A stretch of 62,627 nucleotides of DNA, counting the filler, from Candidatus Limnocylindrales bacterium (lineage in GTDB: Bacteria > Moduliflexota > Moduliflexia > Moduliflexales > JAUQPW01), in assembly GCA_035559535.1 (NCBI GenBank). It is 5 parts of 5 records of this genome, joined end to end, with 100 filler letters (N's around TTAATTAATTAA, not from the genome) between each part and the next. Parts side by side here need not be neighbours in the genome. Positions count along the whole stretch, not along the records: positions 15,239 to 20,344 come from DATMBG010000005.1; positions 20,445 to 31,122 come from DATMBG010000009.1; 3 more parts are not named here. The stretch is one strand, 5' to 3'. Positions 19,125-29,782 of the stretch are shown piece after piece. The translations under genes and the position numbers were made by a program. The notes beneath the pieces were generated by a model. It did no database searches. It saw only the letters and a program-made list of their open reading frames with translations, and was not told where the DNA came from. Within the stretch, counting starts at the first letter, position 1, and each line of letters opens with the position of its first letter.

Positions 19125-19760
19125 TTAGAACCATCTTCCCAAATAAGTGAACGCTCCATAAGCCCCTACAACATATAGAAACCACAAAAAAAGGGTTACC
19201 AGAATCCCCAGTTGAGGTTTTAAATCCGGAATCCACAGTACAACGATCAGGCTTAGAAAAAGCAGGATGAATATCTTTAACCCGACCGGCTCATACTTTA
19301 TAAAATTTTTATCTAAAACGTTGGCTACAAAGGTCACTATGATGAACACACCGGGATAGTTTTTATCAAAAGGGGTCCGAACCACAGCGATCAGCCCTTC
19401 GGTCGTAGCCCCCAGAATAACTATTTTATCTTTAAATTTTTCTAAGGATTGTAAGTCCGACGACCCTTCAAATTTCCCTTCGAGTACCTCTATAAAACGA
19501 ACCGTCTTAAAGCCTCTTCCTTTTCCTGTTGCGGCATCATAACCGGCACGAAAATTGAGGATCATCTCCCCCACATCATTCACCGGAATACTCCCCTTTT
19601 CCCTTTTGCTCAAACGATCCCGGAGCACGACCATATCTTCCCTGGGATGCGGCTCCCAGTTAATATCCATGAACTCTTTGGCCAACTCGAGACCCAAAAA
19701 CGGAATATGCTGATGCTCAAACGTGACAAAGAGTAGAGGGTCTTCTGAGGAGGATGAGTC
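19125..19760 (-). pseudogene. CHASE2-domain fragment
   Basis: IPVNDVGEMILNF, FKDKIVILGATTEGL...TPF...YPGV then TM helices; no N-terminus and no output domain. Confidence 0.65.
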
Positions 19761-19768
19761 CCGTTTCC

Positions 19769-20243
19769 TATTCATCATTTTTTTCCACAAAGCGATCTTT
19801 AACCGTATACGATAGCTCTCCCGCAAATGTTCGAATCTCTAGTTCGTTCCCTTCTAAGGAAGATTTTGAGAGGGGTTTTAATTTCAGTGAAAAGTCTGCC
19901 CGGAGATTGGTAAGGATGACAGGGCCTGCTAGGATAGTTTTACCAGGTCTTCCTACCGGATGAGGGTTTCTCTGCCTTGCGAAGGGGACAAGGATTTCTC
20001 CGTGGAGTAGTTCATTTCAATGGTGTTATTTCTCATTTTCTTTACATTTAACCGACTCCCTTTTCCGATCAAAATAGTTTCCCCATCCGGATATTGGAGA
20101 ATTACTTCACCCTTTTCCCCGGTGGTAATAACCCGATCATCTTTGAATTGAACAATTTCCAGAACCGGTAGCCCAAAAATTACCGGATTAAAGATCAAGA
20201 AAAATACCATCGTCAACCCAATCTGTACGACGCTTCTAAACAT
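19769..20243 (-). pseudogene. frameshifted FecR-like exported protein
   Basis: Signal peptide; DRVITTGEKGEVILQYPDGETILIGKGSRL, continuing as LLHGEILV... in another frame to a stop near 19769. Confidence 0.5.
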
Positions 20244-20344
20244 GACAGGCTCCTTCCTACTACATAGTCTATTTAGTTTTGTTTAACTTTTAAGTGGCCC
20301 TCACCCCCAGTTCCCCCTCTCCTGTGTAGGGGCGGGAGGCCTCC

Positions 20345-20444
20345 NNNNNNNNNNNNNNNNNNNNNNNNNNNNNNNNNNNNNNNNNNNNTTAATTAATTAA
20401 NNNNNNNNNNNNNNNNNNNNNNNNNNNNNNNNNNNNNNNNNNNN
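20345..20444. other. artificial contig linker
   Basis: 44 N + TTAATTAATTAA + 44 N. Confidence 0.97.
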
Positions 20445-20585
20445 ATCTACCCGACAGAACAATTCGGTGATAAACTCTATGGTAGTCATGCAGGTTACCT
20501 CCAAATGAGTGAAAAAGAGTTTTTGTTGATAATATTGGAGAACCTGCATGGCTCTTTCAATTTAAAAAACTAGCACCAATAGTTA
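20445..20585 (-). mobile_element. second copy of the IS982-like left end
   Basis: Reverse complement of 14963-15103 with one substitution seen. Confidence 0.85.
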
Positions 20586-20656
20586 GTAGGTTAAGCGTCC
20601 CGCTTGATAATTATGCCTTTACAAAGTTTAGTGTTTGCTCTATAGAAGGGGAAGTT

Positions 20657-20893
20657 ATGAAGGCTGAAAATCTCATTACCTGGGACCATTTATCTTTGGA
20701 TCAAGCAATATTCTGCTTAAAGTGTAGTCAATTCAGTGGTCAAATCAAAATCCTGAGTCCTTACGAAGTAGAACCTGTTATCATTCGCTGTAACTGCGGA
20801 GCGGAAGAATCTGTATATCGTTGTGATACGCCAGGATGCAGTTCCTATGTATTGGGCGGAGAGGGATATGGGGTTTGCCGACATTGCTCATAA
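20657..20893 (+). CDS. small Cys-rich putative zinc-binding protein
   Basis: CLKC, CNC, CDTPGC and CRHC in 78 aa; purine-rich RBS. Confidence 0.6.
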   Translation: MKAENLITWDHLSLDQAIFCLKCSQFSGQIKILSPYEVEPVIIRCNCGAEESVYRCDTPGCSSYVLGGEGYGVCRHCS

Positions 20894-21285
20894 TTGATCC
20901 GCGTCTGTCGGGGGTCAGTTGGGAAATATGTAGAACTTCCAGTTGTTGGTTTGGAAATTTGGAAGCTCCACAAAAACCAGGAATTATAGCCAGGGATTTT
21001 ATCACCTGTTTCCTATAATTGAAGAACCCCTACGAATAAATAATCATCGATAGGGAAAATAAGCAGCCGGGAGAATCGTTCTATTGGGAAGAGAAATCCA
21101 AAGTTCAAAATTCTACCCTGTGGAACACAATCAGATCATACCCTAGGCCGGCCTTCTCCTCCAAACCTTACGTCCAAAGAATTAACAATTCCTAGATTCT
21201 TCCGAATATGGCAGCCAACGTGTGAGAGAAGCCCCTAGTACACTGCTATGTGCTATTTTGTAAAGTTACCTTTAAAGAAAAGGTA

Positions 21286-24200
21286 CTATCTGGAACCGAC
21301 TCCCCGTTCTACCGGGTGTTGTCCATTCCGTCTCATTCCATTACCTGTTTCTACAGGATGCTCACTGCGTCGCCCGTTATCGGTGATGGTAGTCTCCAGC
21401 GGCTCTGCCTCCAGGAGTTCGGGAGCGGGTAGCTGAGCGGTCGGACCTTCTGGGATCTGGGTGCGGCCTCGAAATCGTCTGCTCAGCTTTTCTCGTAAGG
21501 ATTCCATATAAATATAGAAAACAGGTGTAATATAGAGCGTAAGAATCTGAGAGAACAAGAGACCTCCCACAACAGCCAGACCCAGGGGACGACGGGCTTC
21601 CGCACCGGCACCGACACCCAATGCAATGGGTAAAGTACCCATAAGGGCTGCCATGGTGGTCATCATAATAGGACGGAACCGAATAAGACTCCCTTCATAG
21701 ATGGCATCCGCCGGATTTTTCCCTTCATTTCTTTGAGCATCCAACGCAAAATCGATCATCATAATAGCATTTTTCTTTACGATACCGACCAGCATGATAA
21801 TACCTACAAAAGCATAGATATCCAGATCCCGATGGAAGAGGAGCAGGGTTAATAAAGCTCCAAATCCGGCAGAGGGGAGACCCGAAAGAATTGTTAAAGG
21901 GTGAATAAAACTCTCGTAGAGGATACCCAGTATGATGTAGATTACGAGAATGGCCATAATCAGGAGAAGCCCTAAACCTTGCAAGGAGGATTGAAAAGCC
22001 TGGGCCGTACCTTGAAAACTGGCACTGATGGTAGAAGGGAGCGTTTTACGGGCCAGGTCTTCCACCAAAGCAACCGCCTCTCCTAAAGATACTCCGGGCC
22101 TGACATTGAAAGAGAGGGTAACGGCCGGAAGCTGACCCAAATGATTCACCGATAAAGGTCCCACACCCAATGTGATGTTGGCAACTGCCTTGAGTGGAAC
22201 CAGTTGTCCACTGGAGGATCGGATATAGAGTAAAGATAAAGCGGTTGGATCCATTTGATATTGAGGTTCTACTTCCATAATGACCTTGTACTGATTGTTA
22301 GGTGCATAGATGGTCGAAACCTGTCGGGATCCATAGGCACTGTAAAGGGTTTCTTCGATTTGGAGGGCTGTAATTCCAAGGGCTTCTGCTTTATCCCGAT
22401 AAATTTCAATATTCACCTGGGGATTTTTGATTTGCAAATCACTGGTTACATCCTGGAGTTGGGGTAATTCCCGCATCTTAGCTTCGAGGATCGGTGCATA
22501 ATGATAAAGTTCCTGGGTATCTGGACTCTGGAGGGTAAACTGGTAAGGACTCTTGGTCAACTGACCACCGATACGAATGGGAGGAAGATTTTGCATAAAA
22601 ACCTGAATTCCTGGGACCGTCGCCAATTTAGGTCTTAACTCCTGGATGACCTGGTCTACACTCAACTGACGTTCGGAGCGAGGTTTCAAACGAATGAATA
22701 GGCGACCTGTATTGCTTCCACTGATACTGGACATGAAGGAATCTACATAGGGATCTTGCTGGAGAATAGCTCCCAGGGCTTGATGGTACCTTACCATGGC
22801 ATCAAAGGAAGTTCCCTGGGCAGCTTCGGTGAAAGCAAAGATCTGTCCGGTATCTTCACTGGGGAGGAATCCTTTAGGGGTAATGAGGAAAAGATATAGG
22901 GTAGCCACGAGGATAATCCCCGAGATGATCATGGTTATGAGGCGATGGCGTAAGACCTTTTTCAGACTCCAATCATAAACCCGGAGCATTCCTTCGAAGA
23001 CACGCTCCGAAGCGGCATAGAAACGACCCTGCTTTTGTGCACTGGGTGGGCGTAAGAATCGACTACAAAGCATAGGGGTAAGGCTTAAAGAAACAAAACC
23101 GGAGACGAGTATGGCCATGCTAATCGTTACAGCGAACTCGTGGAGCAGACGTCCGAGGATCCCCCCCATGAAGAGCACAGGAATGAAAACGGCTGCGAGG
23201 GACAGGGTCATGGATAAAACGGTAAACCCAATTTCTTTAGACCCGATCAGGGCTGCCTGCATCCTTCCTTTACCCATCTCCATATGCCGGACGATGTTTT
23301 CCAGCATAACGATGGCATCATCGACCACAAAACCCACCGACAGGGTCAAAGCCATTAAAGAAAGGTTATCCAGGCTGTAGCCCAGTTGGTACATCACGGC
23401 GAAGGTGGCAATAATCGACATAGGTAAGGCCAGGCTGGGAATAATCGTAGCCGAGAGATTACGCAGGAAAAGAAAGATGACTAAAACGACCAGACAAACC
23501 GTCAGAACCAGCGTAAACTTGACGTCATTGACCGATTCACGTATCGATACAGATCGATCATAAAGGATATTAAGGTCAATCGAGGCCGGCATCTGGGCCC
23601 GGAAGGTGGGGAGAAGCTTTTTGATAGAATCTACGACCTCTACGGTATTGGTACCCGGCTGACGTTGAATAGCCAGAACGATGGCACGGATATCATTGTA
23701 CCAGCTTGCGATTTTGTCATTCTCTACACTACTAATAACTCTACCGAGTTCCTGAAGGCGCACCGGGGAGCCATTACGATAGGTTACAATGAGTGAGCGA
23801 TACGCCACCGCATCGATAAGCTGGCCGTTGGTCTCCACGGTAAAAGCCTTTTGAGGTCCGGATAGCATACCGGTTGGTAAATTTGCATTTCCCTCTTGGA
23901 TTGCGTTGGCCACCTCATTTATTCCAATGGCCCGACTGGCCAGAGCTTTAGGATCCAGTTGGATACGAACTGCGTATTTCTGTGAGCCAAAAACCTGGAC
24001 CTGAGCAACCCCGCTGATCATGGAAACCCGCTGAGCAATAAACGTATCGGCATATTCATTAACCGTTGAGAGGGGAAGGGTCGGAGAACTTAGGGCCAAA
24101 TAGAGAATAGGTTGATCGGCAGGGTTTACCTTGCGATAAGAGGGCGGACTTGGCATATTCTGGGGAAGTTGAGGAGCAGTCTGGGCAATGGCCGCCTGGA

Positions 24201-24522
24201 CATCTTGAGCCGCCGCGTCAATATCCCGGCTCAAATTAAACTGGAGAGTAATCTGGGTACTTCCCAGGGTGTTGGTGGAGGTCATCGAGTCCAGGCCCGC
24301 AATGGTAGAAAATTGTCGCTCCAAAGGAGTCGCTACCGAGGCCGCCATGGTTTCGGGACTGGCTCCAGGAAGACTCGCAGTTACCAGAATGGTGGGAAAA
24401 TCTACGTTGGGCAGGTCACTCACAGGCAGGAGTTGATATCCTGCAATCCCAAAGAGTAGAAAACTCATCATAAGGAGTGTGGTGGTAATGGGGCGACGAA
24501 TAAAAAGCTCTGTAATATTCAT
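21286..24522 (-). CDS. RND efflux permease (MdtB/MdtC-like)
   Basis: FIRRPITT, LPNVDFPTI, GFVVDDAIVMLENI, GIVKKNAIMMIDFA, RFRPIMMTT. Confidence 0.95.
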   Translation of the reverse strand: MNITELFIRRPITTTLLMMSFLLFGIAGYQLLPVSDLPNVDFPTILVTASLPGASPETMAASVATPLERQFSTIAGLDSMTSTNTLGSTQITLQFNLSRDIDAAAQDVQAAIAQTAPQLPQNMPSPPSYRKVNPADQPILYLALSSPTLPLSTVNEYADTFIAQRVSMISGVAQVQVFGSQKYAVRIQLDPKALASRAIGINEVANAIQEGNANLPTGMLSGPQKAFTVETNGQLIDAVAYRSLIVTYRNGSPVRLQELGRVISSVENDKIASWYNDIRAIVLAIQRQPGTNTVEVVDSIKKLLPTFRAQMPASIDLNILYDRSVSIRESVNDVKFTLVLTVCLVVLVIFLFLRNLSATIIPSLALPMSIIATFAVMYQLGYSLDNLSLMALTLSVGFVVDDAIVMLENIVRHMEMGKGRMQAALIGSKEIGFTVLSMTLSLAAVFIPVLFMGGILGRLLHEFAVTISMAILVSGFVSLSLTPMLCSRFLRPPSAQKQGRFYAASERVFEGMLRVYDWSLKKVLRHRLITMIISGIILVATLYLFLITPKGFLPSEDTGQIFAFTEAAQGTSFDAMVRYHQALGAILQQDPYVDSFMSSISGSNTGRLFIRLKPRSERQLSVDQVIQELRPKLATVPGIQVFMQNLPPIRIGGQLTKSPYQFTLQSPDTQELYHYAPILEAKMRELPQLQDVTSDLQIKNPQVNIEIYRDKAEALGITALQIEETLYSAYGSRQVSTIYAPNNQYKVIMEVEPQYQMDPTALSLLYIRSSSGQLVPLKAVANITLGVGPLSVNHLGQLPAVTLSFNVRPGVSLGEAVALVEDLARKTLPSTISASFQGTAQAFQSSLQGLGLLLIMAILVIYIILGILYESFIHPLTILSGLPSAGFGALLTLLLFHRDLDIYAFVGIIMLVGIVKKNAIMMIDFALDAQRNEGKNPADAIYEGSLIRFRPIMMTTMAALMGTLPIALGVGAGAEARRPLGLAVVGGLLFSQILTLYITPVFYIYMESLREKLSRRFRGRTQIPEGPTAQLPAPELLEAEPLETTITDNGRRSEHPVETGNGMRRNGQHPVERGVGSR

Positions 24523-25799
24523 GAACTTGCCTCCTTGTTACTTCCTTGATCGTTCTTCACTTCTACTTTCATACCCGGAGTAAGCCGAAGTTGGCCGTCT
24601 GTGACTACCTTCTCTCCCGGTTGAAGTCCCTTCTCAATGATGCTTTCATTTTCCAATGTCCTGGCTACAACCACAGGACGGGATTCAACCGTAAGGTCAG
24701 GTTTAATGACAAACACGTAGGAACCTTGTTGTCCTGCCTGAATGGCCTGGGATGGGGCCACAATGGCATTAGGTTGGGTGGTAAGGGTTAAAGTTACATT
24801 AACAAATTGGCCGGGCCAGAGACGTTTTTCTTCGTTATCAAAGGTTCCTTTGAGTTGAATAGTCCCGGTAGCTTTATCTACCGCATTGTCTACAAAGGTA
24901 ACGACCCCTTTTACCGGATTCCCTTCCGAGTTAGGTATTTCAGCTTCCACCTGGAGTTTCCCCTGTGCCATATATTTCTTTATCTCAGGGAGTTCTTGTT
25001 CAGGAACGGAAAAAGTAACATAAATGGGACTGATTTGATTGATATTTACCAGGACCGTATCATTGGCTTTGATCAGGTTCCCCGGATGAACCATAAGATC
25101 TCCTGTTCGCCCGTCCAAAGGAGACCGGATGGAACAGTACTCCAACTCCAGTTTAACATTCTCTATAGCCGCCTGATCTGCACGAATAGCTGCTTTGGCA
25201 TCTTCTACAGCAGCTTGATCTGCATGCAAGGCTGCCTGAAGGGCTTCTGCATTGGTACGAATCTGATCATATTGATCTTTAGAAATAATCCCCTGCTGAT
25301 TCAAGCTCTCATAGCGTCGCGCTTGAACCTGGGCATTTTTTGCCTGGGCAGCGGTTTTTGCCAGGTTGGCTTCAGCCTGTTTTAAGCGGGCTATATCCTT
25401 TGCCAGATTGGCTTCAGCCTGTCTAAGTGCCGCCTCTAAAGGTCTTCGATCAATGGTAAAAAGAAGATCCCCTTTCTTCACATCCTGACCTTCCTGGAAA
25501 TACACCCCGGTCAGTTCTCCATTTACCTGGGCCCGGACCGCCACAACGGAATAAGCTTCGGCCGTCCCAATGGTTTTTATCTGGATCGGAACGGTTTTTT
25601 CAACTACCGTAGCTGCAGTGACCGGTACGGCTGCCCTCTGCCTAGGCTGATCAGATTTTCCACTGGCGTCTCCCCGGGAACAGGCCGTAAGAAATATCAG
25701 GATAATCCATAATAGTCCAAATCCTTTCAGGGGAAGAAATAAAGGAGAAAAAAGGAGTCGAACTTTTTGATAACTTAAAGGTTTCATTTTTTGCCTCAT
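24519..25799 (-). CDS. RND periplasmic adaptor (MdtA-like lipoprotein)
   Basis: LTAC lipobox, FQEGQDVKKGD, DNAVDKATGT, LWPGQFV; overlaps the permease start. Confidence 0.93.
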   Translation of the reverse strand: MRQKMKPLSYQKVRLLFSPLFLPLKGFGLLWIILIFLTACSRGDASGKSDQPRQRAAVPVTAATVVEKTVPIQIKTIGTAEAYSVVAVRAQVNGELTGVYFQEGQDVKKGDLLFTIDRRPLEAALRQAEANLAKDIARLKQAEANLAKTAAQAKNAQVQARRYESLNQQGIISKDQYDQIRTNAEALQAALHADQAAVEDAKAAIRADQAAIENVKLELEYCSIRSPLDGRTGDLMVHPGNLIKANDTVLVNINQISPIYVTFSVPEQELPEIKKYMAQGKLQVEAEIPNSEGNPVKGVVTFVDNAVDKATGTIQLKGTFDNEEKRLWPGQFVNVTLTLTTQPNAIVAPSQAIQAGQQGSYVFVIKPDLTVESRPVVVARTLENESIIEKGLQPGEKVVTDGQLRLTPGMKVEVKNDQGSNKEASS

Positions 25800-25933
25800 A
25801 AAGACGAAAAAAACATTTTAATACAATTTTTATGGTCTATTATTCAATTTACCCAGAAGAGAAGGAAGTGTCAAATGCATTTTCAGGACGGGATTTAGAT
25901 TCCCAGGATGGGCAAAAGGGTCTTCCTTTCCCC

Positions 25934-26031
25934 TACGCATCCAGCTAAGAAGGGGAAAAGCCTTATTTTCGGCCTGAACACCTTCCTAAGGGGTGTCTGG
26001 ACCTCAGGTCTGATCCTCAGCTTGAGGCCTA
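25934..26031. mobile_element. putative MITE
   Basis: Imperfect terminal IRs (TACGCATCCAGCTAAG / CTCAGCTTGAGGCCTA); the first ~47 nt recur inverted at 36529-36577. Confidence 0.45.
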
Positions 26032-26099
26032 CGCCCCTTCCCCTATCTTTCATAGGGGAAGGGTCGGGGAGGGAAGCTTATTCCAGAAATTAGAGAATG

Positions 26100-29000
26100 C
26101 TACGGGGTTTTATCCGGCTTATCTTCAGTTGGATGAAGGGGAATCGGAACAGGATGATCCTCTGCAGAAGGTGATGGGACCTGGCCGTTACCTTGCCACA
26201 GTTCCTGCAGCTGAAATCGGCCAGCCAGTTGGAGTTTTCTGATAGCAAGACGTCGCCGTTGAAGCAGACTTCCGAGATCATCCAGAAGTGAATAAGCAAC
26301 AGGAGTAACCAATAGGGTCGGGAAGAGTGAGAGGGTTTGTCCGCCGATGACCACCACGGCAATGGTCCGTCTTTCTTCGGCACCCGGACCGGTACCCACG
26401 GCCAGGGGTAGCATTCCGGCTACAAGAGCCAGGGTCGTCATCAAAATAGGCCGTAATCGATCTCGGTTCCCTTGCATGATAGCCGCCGTCCGATCCATCC
26501 CATTAGCCCGCAAATTATTCATATGATCGATTTGAAGGATCGAGTTTTTCTTTACAACTCCGAAAAGTACTAGGATACCTAAGGCTGAATAGAGATTCAA
26601 CGTATTTCCCGTAAACCACAAGGAGAGGAGAGCAAAAGGTACGGAGAGGGGTAAGGAAAGTAAAATAGTAAAGGGATGAATTAAACTTTCGAACTGGGAT
26701 GCCAGAATCATGTACATGAAGACAATGGAAAGTGAGAAGGCCCAGATAAACTCGTTAAAAGTACGTTCTAGCTCTCGACCGCGGCCTGAAACACTGGTTG
26801 TATAGCCTGGGGGCAGGTTCATCTCGGCAACTGCTTTTCGCAGGGCTTCCAGTCGATCCGCCAGGGCATAGCCAGGTGCGATCGATGCCCGTAAACTCAC
26901 CTGTCGTTGTCGATCCAAACGGTCTATTCGTGAAGGGCCTTGAGCCGGAACGATTCGTACAATGTTATCCAGTCGTACCAGTCCCTCTCCCCGGTGAGGA
27001 AGATAGAGCCGTGAGATGGTCTCCGGGTTATTTCGATCTTCTTCAACCAGGCGAAGTTGCACATCATAATCGTCATTGACCGATATATCTCGAAATCGTG
27101 AGACTTTCTGATCTCCCCCCACCATCAAGCGAAGTGCTGTAGCAATATCTGTGGGATCAACACCCAAATCTGCAGCACGGGCCCGATCGATTTCCACATG
27201 CAACTCAGGTTTATCCAACCTCAGGGTGGTATCTGCGTCTATAATCCCCAATTCCTGGGATCTTTCTCGAAGTTGCTCGGCATAGGTTGCAAGGGCCGTA
27301 AGATCAGGCCCCCGAAGTACAAAATCGATCTCAAAATTACCACTTCCAATATTGAAGGAGGGGGCATTACGTACCGTAAAACGAATATTACGATATTTCT
27401 TCAGGCGGCGTCGTACGTCCTGCATAACATCCCGCTGGGTATAATTACCCCGAAAAGCCTGGAGGGGATCGCCGTGTAAAATTCCATGCCATAACCGGGT
27501 AAGAGAGAAGGTACGTTCTTCATGGGGTGCAATGCGAACATATACGCTCCCCTGATTAACCCGGCTGAGAAACCCGCCCCCTGCCGAAGCCAAAACAAGC
27601 CGTACGCCTGGAGTTGAGCGTAACTCAGACTCAACGGCCTGCATAATTTTATCCATAGCGGCAAGACTGGTACCTTCCGGTGCGGTTACAATCACATTAA
27701 ACTCGGCTTCATCGACATCGCTGGGAATATATTCCTGTTTGACCAGCCTGTAAAGGGGTATGGAGGAAGCCATGACCCCCAGGGCGAGAAGACAGATCAG
27801 GGCTCTGTGATGGATGGCAAAGGCCAGAGTCCGGGCATATCCCCGATCGAGCCAGGCATAGAACCCTTTCCTGGATCGAGCCGGGCTGTGAGCATCTCCC
27901 ATAACTGCGTCCTCAGCCCGCAATAGACGTGCACTCATCATAGGGGTTAGAGTGAAAGAAACCAGCAGGCTAACCAGAACCGCTACAGCCGCAGTAATAC
28001 CGAATTGATAAAGGAAACGGCCCGAAATACTTGACATGAAGGAAACAGGAACGAAGATGACTACAAGGCTTAAAGTGGTGGCCATGACAGCCAGACCGAT
28101 CTCTGCTGTGGCCAGGCGGGCGGCCTCGAACGGTCGCATTTTCTTCTCCTCAACGAAACGAAAGATGTTCTCCAACACCACAATGGCATCATCGATGACG
28201 ACTCCAACCATCAAGACCAAAGCCAGCATCGTCACGCTATTCAATGTGAAGTCCAGGGCCCACATCATGCCAAACGTAGCAATAACAGAAGTGGGGATAG
28301 CAATTCCTGCAATAAGGGTGGAGCGCCAGCTCCGCATGAAGATCAGAACAACCAGGCAGGCCAGAAGGCTCCCTAAAATGAGGTGCAGGTTGATCTCGTG
28401 GAGTGCTGCATAAATATAACGGGACTGATCTTGAATGACCTCTAGCCTTACATCTGGTGGTAGTTGAGAAGAAATCTTTGCGAGGCTTTTCTTGGCAGCT
28501 TCGATGACGGCAACAGTATTGGCCCCTGATTGACGCCGAATCTCCAGGGTAACCGTCGGTACGCCGTTTAACCGGGCCAGTGAGCGTTGCTCCTTCGTTC
28601 CATCCTCAACCCAACCAATATCCTGAATTCGAATGGGTACGCCGTTGACAGTCGCAATAACCAGTTCGTTGAACTCCTTTGGATCTATCACACGCCCCAT
28701 GGTACGGAGGACATGCTCTACGGGACCTGCCGTCACATTTCCACCCGGTACATCCACATTCTGACGTACAATGGTATCCCGTACCGCCGTAATGGGAATA
28801 TGATAGGCTGCAAGTTTATGAGCACTAACCCAAACATTAATGGCCCGTTCCAAACCCCCAACAATGCGTACCTCTCCGACTCCCGAGGACCGCTCCAGTT
28901 GTACCTTTACAATCTTATCTGCAAGCTCGGTTAATTCCCGAACAGGCCGGTTAGCAGAAAGGGCCACGGTCATGACAGGAGAGGAATCATTATCGAATTT

Positions 29001-29390
29001 TGATACAACAGGTGGATCTACATTGCTGGGTAAATCCGGCAGGATTGTAGCAATACGATCCCGTACATCCTGGGCAGCCGTGTCAATGTTTCGGTCCAGA
29101 TTAAAGGTAATAATAACAACCGAACTACCCTGACCCGAAACCGAACGGAGTTCATTAATACCCTCCACTGTATTGACAGCTTCTTCAATCCGTTGGGAGA
29201 CCTCTGTTTCAACCTCTTCTGCCGAGGCACCTGGAAACGTTGTGCGTATGCTGATGGTGGGTACATCAACCGAGGGAAAACGATCAACCCCCAGCCGAAA
29301 GTAACTGGTTGCTCCTACAACGACCAGGGCCAGGATAAGCATCGATGCAAAGATGGGACGCTGAATACAAACTTCGGCAAGTTTTTGCAT
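26100..29390 (-). CDS. RND efflux permease (AcrB/SwrC-like)
   Basis: QRPIFA, GVVIDDAIVVLENI, GVVKKNSILQID, RLRPILMTT. Confidence 0.94.
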   Translation of the reverse strand: MQKLAEVCIQRPIFASMLILALVVVGATSYFRLGVDRFPSVDVPTISIRTTFPGASAEEVETEVSQRIEEAVNTVEGINELRSVSGQGSSVVIITFNLDRNIDTAAQDVRDRIATILPDLPSNVDPPVVSKFDNDSSPVMTVALSANRPVRELTELADKIVKVQLERSSGVGEVRIVGGLERAINVWVSAHKLAAYHIPITAVRDTIVRQNVDVPGGNVTAGPVEHVLRTMGRVIDPKEFNELVIATVNGVPIRIQDIGWVEDGTKEQRSLARLNGVPTVTLEIRRQSGANTVAVIEAAKKSLAKISSQLPPDVRLEVIQDQSRYIYAALHEINLHLILGSLLACLVVLIFMRSWRSTLIAGIAIPTSVIATFGMMWALDFTLNSVTMLALVLMVGVVIDDAIVVLENIFRFVEEKKMRPFEAARLATAEIGLAVMATTLSLVVIFVPVSFMSSISGRFLYQFGITAAVAVLVSLLVSFTLTPMMSARLLRAEDAVMGDAHSPARSRKGFYAWLDRGYARTLAFAIHHRALICLLALGVMASSIPLYRLVKQEYIPSDVDEAEFNVIVTAPEGTSLAAMDKIMQAVESELRSTPGVRLVLASAGGGFLSRVNQGSVYVRIAPHEERTFSLTRLWHGILHGDPLQAFRGNYTQRDVMQDVRRRLKKYRNIRFTVRNAPSFNIGSGNFEIDFVLRGPDLTALATYAEQLRERSQELGIIDADTTLRLDKPELHVEIDRARAADLGVDPTDIATALRLMVGGDQKVSRFRDISVNDDYDVQLRLVEEDRNNPETISRLYLPHRGEGLVRLDNIVRIVPAQGPSRIDRLDRQRQVSLRASIAPGYALADRLEALRKAVAEMNLPPGYTTSVSGRGRELERTFNEFIWAFSLSIVFMYMILASQFESLIHPFTILLSLPLSVPFALLSLWFTGNTLNLYSALGILVLFGVVKKNSILQIDHMNNLRANGMDRTAAIMQGNRDRLRPILMTTLALVAGMLPLAVGTGPGAEERRTIAVVVIGGQTLSLFPTLLVTPVAYSLLDDLGSLLQRRRLAIRKLQLAGRFQLQELWQGNGQVPSPSAEDHPVPIPLHPTEDKPDKTP

Positions 29391-29493
29391 AAGACCTTTC
29401 GGAATAATAACCCTTCAGACTTAATCTGATGAAGGCTTACCTGAAATACACTACCATGCTTTTATAAAATAAGCAAGTTTATTATGGTTCCTC

Positions 29494-29676
29494 GTAACTG
29501 TAATCATTTAGTAGGGGTCACTTTTTTCTGTCTGCATACCCCCCTAGAGGGGGGCCAGGGGGGTAGCCGCTGCTGAAGTCCCCTCTGGAGGGGGGGCCAG
29601 GAGGGTGTTTCTTTTTCCACCTACTAAGGGGCCAGGAGGGTGTTTCTTTTTCCACCTACTAAATTGATACGGATAC
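29494..29676. mobile_element. 183-bp MITE with target-site duplication
   Basis: 22-bp terminal IRs (17/22 match) flanked by the direct repeat TGGTTCCTC; internal exact 35-bp tandem duplication at 29593-29662. Confidence 0.7.
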
Positions 29677-29782
29677 TGGTTCCTCTACCCAAGAAGGGAC
29701 CACATAAATAGCCGTCTGAGTTCCTTCCCATCTCTATAGAGTTGATTTTACTTTCGTTTTCTCTCCAGTGGAAAGATCTCCT

